A stretch of DNA of 63,910 nucleotides, the filler included, from Phoronis australis (Eukaryota > Animalia > Phoronida), in NCBI GenBank assembly GCA_002633005.1. It is 6 parts of 6 records of this genome, joined end to end, with 100 filler letters (N's around TTAATTAATTAA, not from the genome) between each part and the next. Parts side by side here need not be neighbours in the genome. Positions count along the whole stretch, not along the records: positions 27,821 to 56,281 come from NMRA01000914.1; 5 more parts are not named here. One strand, 5' to 3'. This document shows positions 36,926 through 51,922 of the stretch, piece by piece. The notes beneath the pieces were generated by a model. It had not been told where the DNA came from. It saw only the letters and a program-made list of their open reading frames with translations, and made no database searches. The position numbers and the translations under genes are program-made. Position 1 is the first letter of the stretch. Each line of letters starts with the position of its first letter.

Positions 36926-37248
36926 GACGATCATAGTGTTTACATTTTTTCCGTGCCTTGATTGGCTGGCATCAACAGCTTGATCGACATGTTGGAACTG
37001 TCCATTTCTCACTTCTTCATATCAGTAATATCGTTATTCGTCTTTATGGTGAAAATCGGTTTCCGTTCTTATGAACATTTTGAATCCATGTTGTTAGAGT
37101 TAATCATGCCGTTTAACAGGTTTCCATTATTGTCCAGCGAATACGGCGCACGTGACGTCTTAGCATGACGGGTAAACAGAGAACGATTATCATGTTTTAA
37201 CCCCAGAAAAGCAGCTTTTTCCGGTATGGCTTATTCACGTTCTCGGCT

Positions 37249-37430
37249 TATAGTGTGGCCTAGTATGATAGGTGTCCGCTTCCTTTACTCAAGATCGCGG
37301 GTTCGAGTCCCACTGGGACACACTGCAAGATCCTTGAGTGAACTTTAGCTCACTATCAGCTCGGTTTTATCTAAATATTAATAAAGGATAGAAATGAGTG
37401 ATCAGTGCAATGGACGTGTGCCAGACCGCT
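37249..37430 (+). mobile_element. tRNA-derived SINE, second (3'-deleted) copy
   Basis: TGGCCTAGTATGATAGG (A box), GGGTTCGAGTCCC (B box ~37299-37311), then CCTTGAGT, TATTAATAAAG and GTGATCAGTG shared with the 941-1177 copy. Confidence 0.75.
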
Positions 37431-38127
37431 TTCAACAATTTCTATTGGATTTTCTCATTATTAAATTGAAATAAATCAACTGGAATTCCCCTGATTGTCA
37501 TACAGCCTTCGTGACTTAAAATAACCCGCCGTGACACGCGACTTAATGGGTCAGACCATAACCAATAACAAACTGTCAGTTCTTCTTTCGCCTATAAATT
37601 ACCTTCTGATCTGATTAAGGATCAAGAAGAGACATACTATATACCAGTAATCTCGAAGGTCAATTTTACCAGCGATAACCTGATGTCATACTTTCACACT
37701 AACATGGAAATCAAATTGATCGTACAAGGTTTTGGCTCTATTTTGACACATATTCTCCCCCGACGACTCCATGTTGTGGCTTACGCAATTTGATATCATT
37801 ATTTTACGACCTTGATACTTTTTATTTAAGCCGTCTGGACGATAAGGGTTACAATTCAAGAATTGACCAGATACACACTGCAGAAATCATAAACCCCTTG
37901 TCGTGTAAACAAAGCGAGAAGATTATGGCGTTACATCAATTAGGTCAAAATATGCCAATGTAATAACAAATTAGACGAGAGAAGCATCAGTAGCCGTCGG
38001 CCATAGTCAACAATGGGAAATACTTTCTACGTGTTCTGTGTTTCTCATGAAAGCTAGTAAATGGTGATGGCAGCTCTTATTCAAGAATTCATTGCGCCAG
38101 TGCGTGACGTCTGCAGGCGGATTTGTA

Positions 38128-38378
38128 CATGCGTGCACCCAAGGGGGCTCGGGGGGCTCGAATGAGCCCTCACCCCATTTGGTGAAGTGGGCAAAAAGGT
38201 CCTCCTCAGAGAAACAAAAAGTCCGAGAAAACGCGACAAAAATTCTCTCAAAAGACAGGAACTATCAAAATTCGGCGAATGCACAATTCACAGCACTGAA
38301 TGTATCCCTTTTTTAGTAAAAGATCCAAATTTCCAAAATTTCCACCCCTCCTCAATTTTTAGGTTGGGTGCGCGCATG
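38128..38378 (+). mobile_element. hAT-like MITE, copy 2
   Basis: TIR CATGCGTGCACCCAA / TTGGGTGCGCGCATG; interior similar to 22014-22268. Confidence 0.65.
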
Positions 38379-38959
38379 CTGTAAATGGAGCCCTTCCAAG
38401 CTATTCGAGAAGTTGATGATGGAAGATTTTATTTATTGCTGGGCTGCCTGCGGTACCACGAAACTGACTCACGGTTTCGCGCGTACGCTCGGAACCTTGC
38501 TGTAGCACCCTAGCGGCCACTGAAGGTATTCGTTGGTCACGTTCGAATGTTAAATTGTGCGATATAACTCACTGTAACACAAGTGTATGTTGAGAGTCTT
38601 GCGTCTACGGAACGCGCCCTACTGATGAGGTCCATTACGTGGACTTGTATCCCCAAAGACGCGCCCTGTCTCAGGATTCAGACGAGTTATAAAATTGTGT
38701 CGTGTAATGTGTCAGTCACTCCTTGGTCAAGGGCCATGATAGTCCACAAATCCACCATGTTTTTTTTCATTTATTGCACAAATTTCCAACAGGCGCATAG
38801 ACATTTCAATGTGGTTCACAGAGATTTTTTCAGGTTTCAAATGAAAATTTTCCTCTGCCAGACAAAATTACGAAACCGCAGAGATGGAACAAAACAGCAA
38901 AACAGCATGGATTATCGTGACTAATCAAGAGATGACATTTCAGGAAGTAATCAGTAAGT

Positions 38960-40560
<1,601 letters not shown>

Positions 40561-43500
40561 CAATCAGCTGGATAAAATGCTTAGACGCTTCAACAAGGTT
40601 GTACTCAACCAATGTCTTTCACGCTGGCACGGCCTCGCGTCGCATGTACATCTTCTGTTCAGGCCGGTTTTCACTACACGTTTGTTCGGTCTAACTGAAG
40701 GGGTATAATCGAGGGGCGAGGGTGGCCGCCATTGCTTCAACAGGGGACGTCTCTCCTCAGTAAAATTATGTTTTCTTCATACTGGGGTCCAAATTAAAGT
40801 AAATTTAAAGTTACGTTTCAATTCTACGAAATGGAGAATTTTTTTACATTACTGTCTAACAATATTCACATCTGTTGTGTTGCTTGTGTTTTGCGTCTCC
40901 CTTATTTTGTCCTATGACTACACCACTGGGTCTAATTATCTGTGGTCATCCAATCTAGTTTCCATTGAATAACTAAGAATAATTTACGTTCCTCAATCTT
41001 TATTTTCAGGTAATGAAGGTAACCAGGTCAAGACGCGGTTCGGATTTTCGAAGATCCTATGTAGGAAAAATTAGGGTGGGTGTATTTTGATGACAATTCT
41101 GTGGAATGAACAGGAAGTGATTGCCACGAACTGTATTCAGGAGTCCATTCAAGTTTTTTTAGTAAACGAAGTCCAGAAATTTGGCCTCTGCTCTGATGTA
41201 CTTGGATCTTGGCCGAAGTCCCGATATTTTAAGTTTTTGTAAAAAACGGGTACCAGAGAACCGAAACCTGACTCATCAGTTTTGGCTACTTTTTATCGTA
41301 TTTTTCTTGTAACAATTATCCTTACTTAACTTTCGCAACGAATTAAAATTCAGAACCTAACAGTTAAAAGATCACCCGTTTTATTTCACATAAAATGGAT
41401 TTTTAGCTAGTGTTTTATTGTCGTGAAACAGTCAGTGCGATAATTGCCCTTTCCCACACCAAAAGGCCCAAAGAACATCGCTAAACAGTCTTTTTGTGGA
41501 AAGCTATTGACGAAGTGCAAGGTTTAGTGAAACGGCTCGAATTTCTAATGCTCGGCGTCCAAGTGTAGCTATTTTCCCTTGTGTGAACACGCATATGCAG
41601 GATCTTCAACTCAGTTTAAATAATTAGTTAATAAATGTTTTCGAGGAAAACTGCACGAAAAGTTGTGTAGTTGGGCAACTCGACTGGACCATGCAGTTTG
41701 GGATGGGTTTGGACTAGTGGGGATATATAGTAGAAACGATGTAACAAGGCTGCTTACTCACAAATGACTTCATCCCGATCATCAAATTGCTTTTAAGTGA
41801 TGGGGCAAATGTCTTGATAAAACGAGCCCTGGGAACGGTTTCACGAAAAGTGGCTTTAAAAGACAGAAATTCGGTCTTACACTCCAGCTTCAAAGCTGCT
41901 GAACAAAGGTTTTGCCAAGGAAAGTCGTGCTCTTTAAATTAATGAGAGTCCAAAAGCGACTTCCGGTTGTTCCCGACTCAGATTCGGTGGACAGAAATTC
42001 AGTTAGTTCATAGCGGATTCATAATTTAAAAACATAGGAAGAAATACTACTGCCAGCCCCTCCCAATGTTTGATAGTGAGGCTGAGCTCACTAAATTATT
42101 TTAGCTTTTTAACATCGGCTGGGGTCTCCCGCTAAATATCTGTTTATCAGTCACAGCGACTGGCTTCGCAACATCCGTTCCTTCTTCGCAGAGGAAAACG
42201 TATGGAACATGATGTCCTTCATCCATGGATATTTCAAGAGATTTGCATTTTCCACCCCAGTGCACAGCACTGGAAAGTTTTCGGCACAAGAAAGGTGTTA
42301 AAGTACAGTTAAGTTATATCAGCAGGTCAAAACCGTCCGCTCGCTTTTCATGGGATATGTAGGCGGCTCTGAGCTCCCGTCCACCAAAGACCTGGTCAGG
42401 ATAGTGAATTTCGGTATGGAGCGGCTATTTCAAAAATCAGCTGTTATAAGCGCATCACAATCTGGAAATAATCAGCACCCTTGATTCCACAAAATTCGCC
42501 CCATTCCCTTCTTAACTTTATTTTAAAATCACGCAAAATTTAATTCCCTCATCAAGCCAAAACATTTCCCATTGAACGATCAAAAATTCCCTCATGGTTT
42601 TAACCTCAGACAACCTCAATAAAATCATCTTCAAAGCCAATGACTTTAATCACGCAGCGGCTAGACACCGGAAACGTCACAAACTGGTTTCCTTGTAAAG
42701 CAAGTGGCACATACAGGAGTACTAGAACCAGTTTTGCGTTATTTCACTCTCGCGTATTGGAAACACAAAACTAAAAGAAAACTTCGGTGCGCCTACGGCC
42801 CAAAATGGCACACAAACAAGTTCTACAAGAGAAGATTACGAAATGTCATACGGCGGTGCATAGAAACGCACAAGAAAGTGTCTTTTCACTTATGAACATG
42901 TTGTGCACTCCTCTCAGAAGCAGTCACAATCAGACAACGTTTAAACAGCTCATGATTATTCACTGCAGCTTAGCACCCCAGTCCGAAGAGCAGTTAATCA
43001 TTTCCCTTCTTGACTTGTCTCTCAATAACTTTTTACACTCTCCACGTGGTGTGAGCCAGTTCGACGGTATTAAATTACCCCTGGGAAAAACTGAACTGAG
43101 TTGAACTTGCAATATGAACTCAAGGCTTAAAATTATTATTTTCATATTACATGAATCTCTCATAATGCATTACTAACTTTTTTCAGATTTCAGCGCATAA
43201 TTTGTCGTGTCAAATATTGTTTGAGACTTGACGCTGGCGGGTTTCCTTTTCAAGGAGTAAAAGGCGCGGACGACGCCGGGAAGAACGAGTTGGTGATCTA
43301 TTTTTAAATCAAAATACGTCACATGTCATACCTTGTCAGAACGCTAAATGTCAGCAGGTATAAAAAGTTAATGAGAGACTGGGACGCGTCTATTCACTGA
43401 GGTGGAAGAAGGATTGAGAGGTCAAAGTGTGACACTATACACTCTTGTGAAAGATTAAAAACGTTGTTTAGCTAAAACCTTTCCCTATTGTGCCACCAAA

Positions 43501-44664
43501 ATTGGTTCTGTGGGACAAGGTGGGGTCTAAAAACATTGCTTCACCCACCTTAAGGTATTAGTAGTGCTAGCATATTTAGTTTCTAGTTTTTGAAAGTTAT
43601 TTTCCCCAATGGATGTTTGCTAACATCTCCACTGTTCTGTGCCTGTACGGAAATGTACTATTGTCTTGGTGTTGCCTTCATAAGCCAAGCAGTGTGACAA
43701 TGGTAATACATCACATGTGGACGCTGAAGGCGTAGATTAAGGCTGATGAATCAGCTATGTGACAACAGGTCGTCTTCACTTGCTCTTGCACAAGTTAATG
43801 GTGGCTGTAACAGTGACTTACTTTTTATTGTTTAACTTAAAATTGTTACATGCTTATTTGTGAAAGTATAAAAGAATATTGTCATAAAAAGCAGTGCAGT
43901 AAATAAACATCACAAGTATTCACCTCTTACGTAAAACCGACGCGAAAATTCCCCTCTTAGAAGGTACAGACACCTTTGCCCTCACGTTAGTGAGGTCCCT
44001 AAATAATTCATAAGAATTTTCTCAGTAACCAGCAGTAAGCTTATGTCTGCATTCTAAAATACTTGTCACTTTTGCTCAAGTGAGATATAAAAATATCTGT
44101 ATGGAGAGTAAGAGCAAAATTCTTTTAAAGTCTCATTTCATGAAACAGATCCCAGACCCCTTAGCCCGAATAGCTAAACACAGGCATTGTCTCGAAATCT
44201 GACGTTTTGAGCTGCACAATTAGATTCATGGGATGGTAATTATTTTACCCGTAAGCTTATTTCATGAAGGTTTCGTATTCATTAAAATCATTAATAATGT
44301 ATTTTCAGACAGCAATCCGGCGTCTCAGAGAAATATTGATGACTTTACGACTTGTGACCTCTGAGACCGTCCTGTAGCTAGCACTCTTACATTGGTCAAG
44401 GAACATGGGTACTATTTCTGCTAAACGAGAATTTTAATGGTAGCTGTTAATAGCAGAAAATACGTGCGGTTTATGTTTTCCATTTCAATCCTTCATTGTT
44501 AGTGTTTGTTGGCATCCTAATATTATTGTAGAAAACGTATCCGCATGACCTGCTCTCTTCGCATTCTTGGTTTGTATTGTTAACACCAGGGTTGCATTCC
44601 GTCGCAAGACTACAGTTGGCCAAATGAGGAAAAGTTACGCGTGTAAATACGTTAATCCTTAACG

Positions 44665-44860
44665 CCAAAATTTAATTTTTAACGGCGTAAATTAAATGGT
44701 CACCGTAAAAGATAATCGTTAAGGACGTGAATCAATTCTTAATGAGTTATATTAATTATGAACGGTGTATATTGTATATTAACGGTGTGAATTAATTTTG
44801 AATAGCCTAAATTAATTGTTAACGGCGTAAATTAATTTTCTTTTGCGTAAATTGATTATT
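44665..44860. repeat. Degenerate ~20-bp minisatellite
   Basis: About 9-10 variants of TTAACGGCGTAAATTAATTT. Confidence 0.6.
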
Positions 44861-44889
44861 TTTCTACTAGTTCTATCGTTATTTTTACT

Positions 44890-46572
44890 TTAAAAGGGAA
44901 CTGTATTTTATTCTGAATAAATTCTGGATAGTTTTCTATGAATTGTTGATTAATTTCACAAATAATTCAATACCAGAAATTAAACTTATATTCTCTAACG
45001 AAGCTCAAAAAATTACCGGCTTGGAGCGCTGCTTAGTCTCGTGACGAATTTGGCGGGGGCCAAGTCACTGTCCTGTGTTATCGTGCAATCAAGTAGCGTT
45101 TTTCATATTGTCGGAATAAGAAATGTTAGTGTGAAATGTCGGGTCACCAGGGATACCTGTTTGAGCCGAGGCAACACAAAGTGATACCCAGTCATCATCA
45201 TCGTCAGACGAAAATTTGCCGGTGCAACCAGTCCGTATCAAAAATTTACAATACAAAAAAATTACAATGGTGTGACTGTGCCGAGGGCAATGTGTACTCT
45301 AGCCATCTAGTCAGCCAGCTGTCAGCCAATACTCAGTTCCGTAAACTTGAAGGGTTGGTTAATTACCGACTGTAACTGTATGAAGACTATCGTACCACTG
45401 TGTGTTGAGCTCTGTTAACCCCGAAATTTCAGACAGCCATTGACTACCCGGGTATAGTTGACTCAGTTATGCTCGTCACCTCGTCGTAAAACTTAGGTTA
45501 CATCAACATATAAAGCTAACGGACCGGCGGGGGCGCATGCAACATCTGGTAGTCACCCGACACTCCCATTGTTCGTTGCAGCAGTTTAAGTTGAAAAAAT
45601 CAAATAAACGTCATTTGGTAGCATAATTTGCCGCCTTTTTAACAAAGAAGTGTGTCTTCCGTTTCAAAAACAGCACGCTCGTGAAACGGCACACGCGCCA
45701 TTTCATAAAAATTTGAGACGTCTTTCCGGATATGATGATAGCTTCGTAGCACCAAGGTTGTTCTAAAATTTGGTTTGCTGGTGTAAAAATACTAAAAACT
45801 TGAAACAAAAGGAAACAAATTCCGATAATTTGTTATAACATGTACGCAACCTAGTAGGTACCGTCAGCGACGAACACTTGATAAAAGAATCAGGCGGGGA
45901 AAAGAAACTGGTAAAGGTCAGGTGACGTAATCGCAAAAAGCCGACTCAAGAGAACACATCAGAATTTTACAAGCAGCGGCCGATGAACGATCGCTAACAT
46001 TTCCAACACCGGTAAATGGCAGAAGTTAGTTTACTCTAGGAACCTGGTTCCTAGGTTTACTCAAGGATGAGATTAGTTTTAATGACATTGATTTGAGTTA
46101 GATTTTATTTGTACATTTTTTACCCATATCGGCTCAAACCTGTAGGCCTATATCTAGTATACACTGAGCTTTGGCCCAAGGCTTGGGTAACCCGGCGATG
46201 GTATGCGAAGACCATCCCATTAGAAGACACCTTTTTCGAAGAGTTTGAGCAACCAGGTCCCATACAAAAAGGCATAGCGAACCTTTTACAGTACTGTGGC
46301 AAACAATAAAAAATAAGGACGATTGATATAATGATAAATTACGATGTAAACTCTTCAAATATGACATAAGCAATGAATGTGTAAAGCAGCCGGTACCCCG
46401 CCGTTCACGTCACTGACACATCAGCCAATCAGCGATCGCTTTCAGAATTCATTGTTTTGACCATGAATATGAATCGGCTTTTGTTTGGCACGCAAGTCAG
46501 GCAAATGTGAGTTTTATTTGTGTGTTAGAACCGATTAACTGCAATATTATTTTGACTACAGTCCCCTTTTAA
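44890..46572 (-). mobile_element. Kolobok-like non-autonomous transposon with THAP remnant
   Basis: TTAA-flanked inverted ends TTAAAAGGGAACTGTA / TACAGTCCCCTTTTAA; ATG at 46275 gives MPFCMGPGCSNSSKKVSSNGMVFAYHR (THAP N-terminus), then the frame decays. Confidence 0.6.
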
Positions 46573-49500
46573 CCGTAAATTTTGCGTGAAGCATTAAGGT
46601 TTTGTAAATAAGTGCGCCTTTGTTGGATTGACCTGTTGTTGTTATTAGTTTATCATCAATCGCCGATTCCTGCTAAAGGCTTCCAGTCAAAGTTCATTGA
46701 AATCGAGTTGTTAAATATAAGTACAAATTGTCAGAACTACTTCCGGTTACAAGTAAAAATACGTAACGAATATATCACACGAGGCGTTGACCTCATCAGC
46801 TGTTTTGTCGCTGGGTTCTCATGAAAATAGCCGACGCCGACGGAGCCTCATTCCAGCTTACACTAGCTCACAATAGGTGTCTTGAAGGCATAGACTATAG
46901 TACACGGGTCGCCAACGACATCTGTGATATTACGCACAAGCCGCAACGTCATTATTCACTACGGTCTAACTTCCGACAAGTACGTCGTCTGCTCACATGG
47001 GTTGTTGGTTGTCGGGTGGCTGCATGGCCGCACAACGAAAACGCTGTTCAACGGGCGAAAAGCAGATGTTAGCCAAGATCCAAGTTGCCGGGATGCAGAC
47101 CAGCGATTTTGCAGAGTTAAACTGGCAAGTTCAATTTTTTACGCCCGTGAAACGTTTCAAACCTGTTAACTAAAACTAATTCCAGAAACAAACAGTTTCC
47201 CAGCAAACTATAATAGTGTGGTCGGAGATAAACAGCCCTTACCTTCTCCGCAGGACGTTTGGAAGTTGTGGATGTGGATTCTAAACTATTTTTGCAAAAA
47301 CAATCTTCGTTGCACATGAATGTTTATACAAACCGTAAATTGGTCGTTAGTAAGTAGGTGCGTTAATTAATTACCCATAAATTTTCATATCTTAAATTGA
47401 TTTTATTTATTTCAAATAACGTTTTATCCAAAATTGGTGTACGTCCTCATTTATGCAAATTAATTTTGAGTGTCTTTTTTTCCCTCAGGTAAAATCGTGT
47501 CTAAGTTGTGGATATTGTGTTCAGAGCTACTAACAGCTTTTTATTTAATTTGAACTTTTCTTATCTACTAAAAATTTGCTTTTCAAGGACAAAAATGGGG
47601 ACACCCACACAAATATATGCGTTTCTACCTAAAATATAATTACAGGTGGGTACAACTATCTTTTGCAAAAAGAATTCTTGTTGCATTTGAAAGTTTAGAT
47701 AAATGGATAATTAGTTGTTAATGAGCTGGTTGGATTCGAAACTTTGGTTAAAGAGATTTTTAGCCCCTTTTTTGGGAATCCAGGGGCTAAAGCCGAAGAT
47801 TGTGTAACTTTTAAGTTTTTAAAGTCTTAAAAGACGGCGCCACCTTCATTGATAGGTGATTTACAGTAGAATTACGCACCCAAAACTTTCACACTCAATA
47901 GTCTGAATAAGAACAGAAAATGCTAAAAAATAGTTTCGAAAACGATTTCAAATAAAAGATTAGATTCTGGCCTCTAAATGTTTTATAAAAGTTTGACTTT
48001 CAAGTGTAAATTTCATATCAAAGTGAAATTCTTCGTCCGGTTTTGAGAAGTCCATACCACCTTTAAATAATTCTAAAATTCCTACACAAATGCACGGAAC
48101 CCTTTCGTTACTAACAAAAGCGTACCGCGCGCAATACGATACTAAGTTTCGCACTTTGAAAATACTGGTTTGGTTCCGTAGGCGCAATCTCGCGAAAACT
48201 AAATATCACACAAAACTTCGCCGCACGATGTCACGTATTACAAAAAGAAACATCGGCTCCTGAAGACCCAATCGGTTAGTGGGGACATGCCACTAAGATA
48301 GGTGCCATTTTTCAATGTCAAGGAATTCTGTTTGGATTCAATTTTATCGTTTTGACATCAGTTTGGGATCAATCGGTTTAGAAGTCCAACAGGGGCGTAA
48401 TGTTGATGCTACTGCTGTTTAAATTTATTTTCAAATGCTTGCTGCGTTAGAACGTTTTCCGTTATTTTTTGCTTCAAATCAACGAGATCAGCTCATCTAG
48501 ATGTATTAAACACTGTCGATGTATTTTTTAAAATCTCATAAAGTATCAACAACTGACAAAAAGTGTACATCCATTTCTGAAAAGTAGAACTGTTACAGAA
48601 AATGTTAAATTAGTTTCGAGAATGATATCAAGTAAAAGATTATACCAGAGCATTTTACATGCATGTGAGAAAAACGATCGAAGAACATGTCGTAACAAAA
48701 TCGAGCGTTAGACTGCCGTGCGTGAGGACATTTCCAAAAACGCGAGCTTTCTCGACTAGACAGACGGATGAGTGTCCACTCCTCTCCCCTCTTCCAGAAG
48801 TAACTTGACATTCATGTTTACTTTTGATTGATTTTAAACTTAAACCTAAAATCGTTTTTTGCAAATTCATATTTTTCCAGTCATTGACCAATTTTATTTG
48901 CAGTTCTCCCTGTTTAGATTTCAATGTTGAATTCTTAACCGAAGCGCTTTTGGGCTTTAAAAACATTACCATGCTCATCCGATCTTGAATTGTTGCCCAA
49001 CGAGCCGACAAAAGTTCCAGATGCAAGCAAAGTATATTTTCAATCGTAACTAACTGAATAAGAATCTGCTATGTACATGATTCGAGAATAAACAATAATC
49101 AGCTTATTTAAAAACAAAATAGCAACCTGAGAAACCACATATATACAACGGAAAAGTTATTTGTTAAAAACAATTGTAATTGTCCCAATGGAAAATAGTC
49201 CATAATCAGTGATATCAAGGGTTGACTTTCTGAATTGAGAGGTTCAATTCCCTCAAGTTATTGCTGAAGGACTGCTTTTCACTTTGTCGAAAGGTAAAAT
49301 AGACGGTAAGGCGGCTGGTTTCAGTCCTTTTCTCTCACCTGTAACAGAGAAATATCAGCAAATTATAAAAGAAAACGCAAGACAAAACTACTTTTGTAAG
49401 GCAGAACATACTTGACATTCCATCTTCGTGTTTATATTTGCTAAAAATGAATTAAGAATGTGTATTTTTCATGACACCTAAAATGTGTTTTTTGATCGCA

Positions 49501-51922
49501 ACAATTTAAATTCATTCTAGGTGTCAATGTTTATTCCAATGCAATGTTACGAATTTACTGAATAGCTCATTCATAATTCTGGGGGTGGGGTCCGCTATAA
49601 AATAAAGAAATTCACTCATTTAGAATATTTTATTGGACATAGCATAGTTTTGTAAAGTAACTACTGTGAAAAAGTCAACATTGACTTCTGAGCGGCACGT
49701 CAAATACACCTCTTATATTGGGAGCACTCCCACCCAGGGCAATATGTGGATATGTGCTGCTAGCCTACAGTCCGGGTTCCGGGTGAGTTTCTGAAGAGAA
49801 ACACTTAGTTCCAGTGAATAAAGCCGTTATTCAGTAAGGTATCTGGTGAGGATAACATCACTGAGCGATGTCTATAGAAACTTACCGTAATTGCTAAAAA
49901 CTTACTAAGTAACGTGATTATGCTGTCTCTCAATGGAAATGCATAGAGCACACTCACTGGGCATGAGGCTTCGACTTCCATATATTTTTTGCCACATGGT
50001 GGACACTTTTGACCGCAATTCTCCACGCCTGTAGTAACCTTAGGTCTTTTGGGAATTTGTGACCACCTGTCGAAGATTTGCACCCAGGAAAAAAGCAATA
50101 TTAAGGCTGAGCGCGAGGATGCATTTTGTTTTTTTACCAGCTGTTTACATGCAGACAGCGACGCTTGTGCAATTCAACCACCACCACTACAGCAGCGACA
50201 CCGAGTCGAATAGCCTCATTTAAAAATGAGAAGTTTACCTTGTGAAAATTCAATCCAATGGTCTGTGTTGCTGACAGCGTTCATTGAACTTGCCAATTGT
50301 CCCGCTCTTGGCGGACTATCTCACCTTTTTAATGTTTTCTTGCCATTCCGCCACACCATCAAATTTACCACTTTTTGACACACGGCGACACTAACATATC
50401 ATTTAGGCTTACCATTATAATTTCCTACGGAACATCGCACTATTTTCCCGTTCGATCAAAAAACGGGAGGTTTCAGGGATTTTTGAGGCATCCGCAATTG
50501 CGCACTCTGCTTGAAAAACAAAAATGCCGCCTTGAGCTTTTGAGTGTAACATTTCCTGTTCGTCAAAAACGCAGTCTGTTGTGGCGAACATTTTACCCCA
50601 TGAATTGCCTTTTGACGTAGACCCAAATGCACCGCTTTTTATCAGTAAGTCTCGCTTTTGAATCTCGAATATTGGCAACTATGGAACAGAAGTTTATTTG
50701 TCTCTTTGTCATGAATATCGTCATTTTCCAGACTGAGTCTACTTTTTTAATAACATAACACTTGTAAAAATGCGTTGCAAAGTCACTTGTTGACGTTCAG
50801 GTCCTACACTATAGTCTGTAGCGACATACATGTATCCAATGACAGCACATTTCAAACCTACGCAACAGCTGATTTCCCATTTTTCTCTATCTGAAAGCCT
50901 TCATGTGTAAATTATTTTATGACATTTTTGTTAAACGTATCTTCGCCATAAATTTTTACTGACGAACTGTATCAAAAGGTACCAAATGTTCAAGTAATGA
51001 ATAAAGGAGTATTATTTTGGGTGAATCCCTGACTAAATTCCTCACAGCAGCTGTGAGGGATCAATATTCTAAAATCCTTGAATTGATAGAATAGACATGT
51101 TTTGAATCATTAAAACTATTCCCTACTGATTTAATTAGTCATTTATATAACCTCTCTTGTTCAATTCCTTTTTATGTTACTATTACACCCTGATATTGTA
51201 CACATTTCAGTAGCACTGTTGGATTTTAGAATTAAAACATCAAACCTGTGAGGCATGCGAATATGTAATTATTTATAAATTTTAATTTAAAAATTGTTTA
51301 TCGTTTGTTTCTGCTGTAATCATACACCATCAGCAATTGATGGAAGTTTTCTAATGATATGACTCGTGCAATTCTGTAGAAGAGTTGCCAAAATTTTAGG
51401 GACGGTAAATTCCACTGGAATAACCAACACCGGAAGAAACCAATGCAAACAAATGCCTGGCATGTGCAGCACAACGTCAGCAGCGAAGTCCGCATTCCAG
51501 AGCTTAGAGTTCTATGCTTGCACGAATTCGTTATCATGCTTCAAAATTAGGTGTTGTGTCCACACAACAATGATTCTGCACGTTCGAAACACGAGCGCTT
51601 TCACGTTTGTGTCGTTAAAATTACTAAAACGAGGTATTGTGTCCGGAACTACAAGGCCCAACAATAATTTTTGCTGCGCCACCAAAATGTTCAAGTGGTT
51701 ATTAGCAACCACACCTTGCTTTATGAAAATCAATAACTGTAGAATGTCAAGTATTACTGAGCTTCAGCAGACCAATCCCACTAAATATCCTGCTTGCAAT
51801 AAATTATATCTTGGTAACCTTGAAATAAAAAAATTAAAGTTACGCCCTAGCACGTATATTTGAATGATTAATCATTGATTGCTTCGAGAACGACGGCGAC
51901 AGTACCAAGAATTCAGGTGAAC

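Noticed and set aside
48605-50678. Possible hAT/BED transposase remnants in short minus-strand ORFs
   Set aside because: No complete zinc-finger or DDE motif, and no ends identified.
51875-51922. ORF-track start at 51875
   Set aside because: Non-ATG start; ATG 51923 directly precedes the hydrophobic signal-like stretch.
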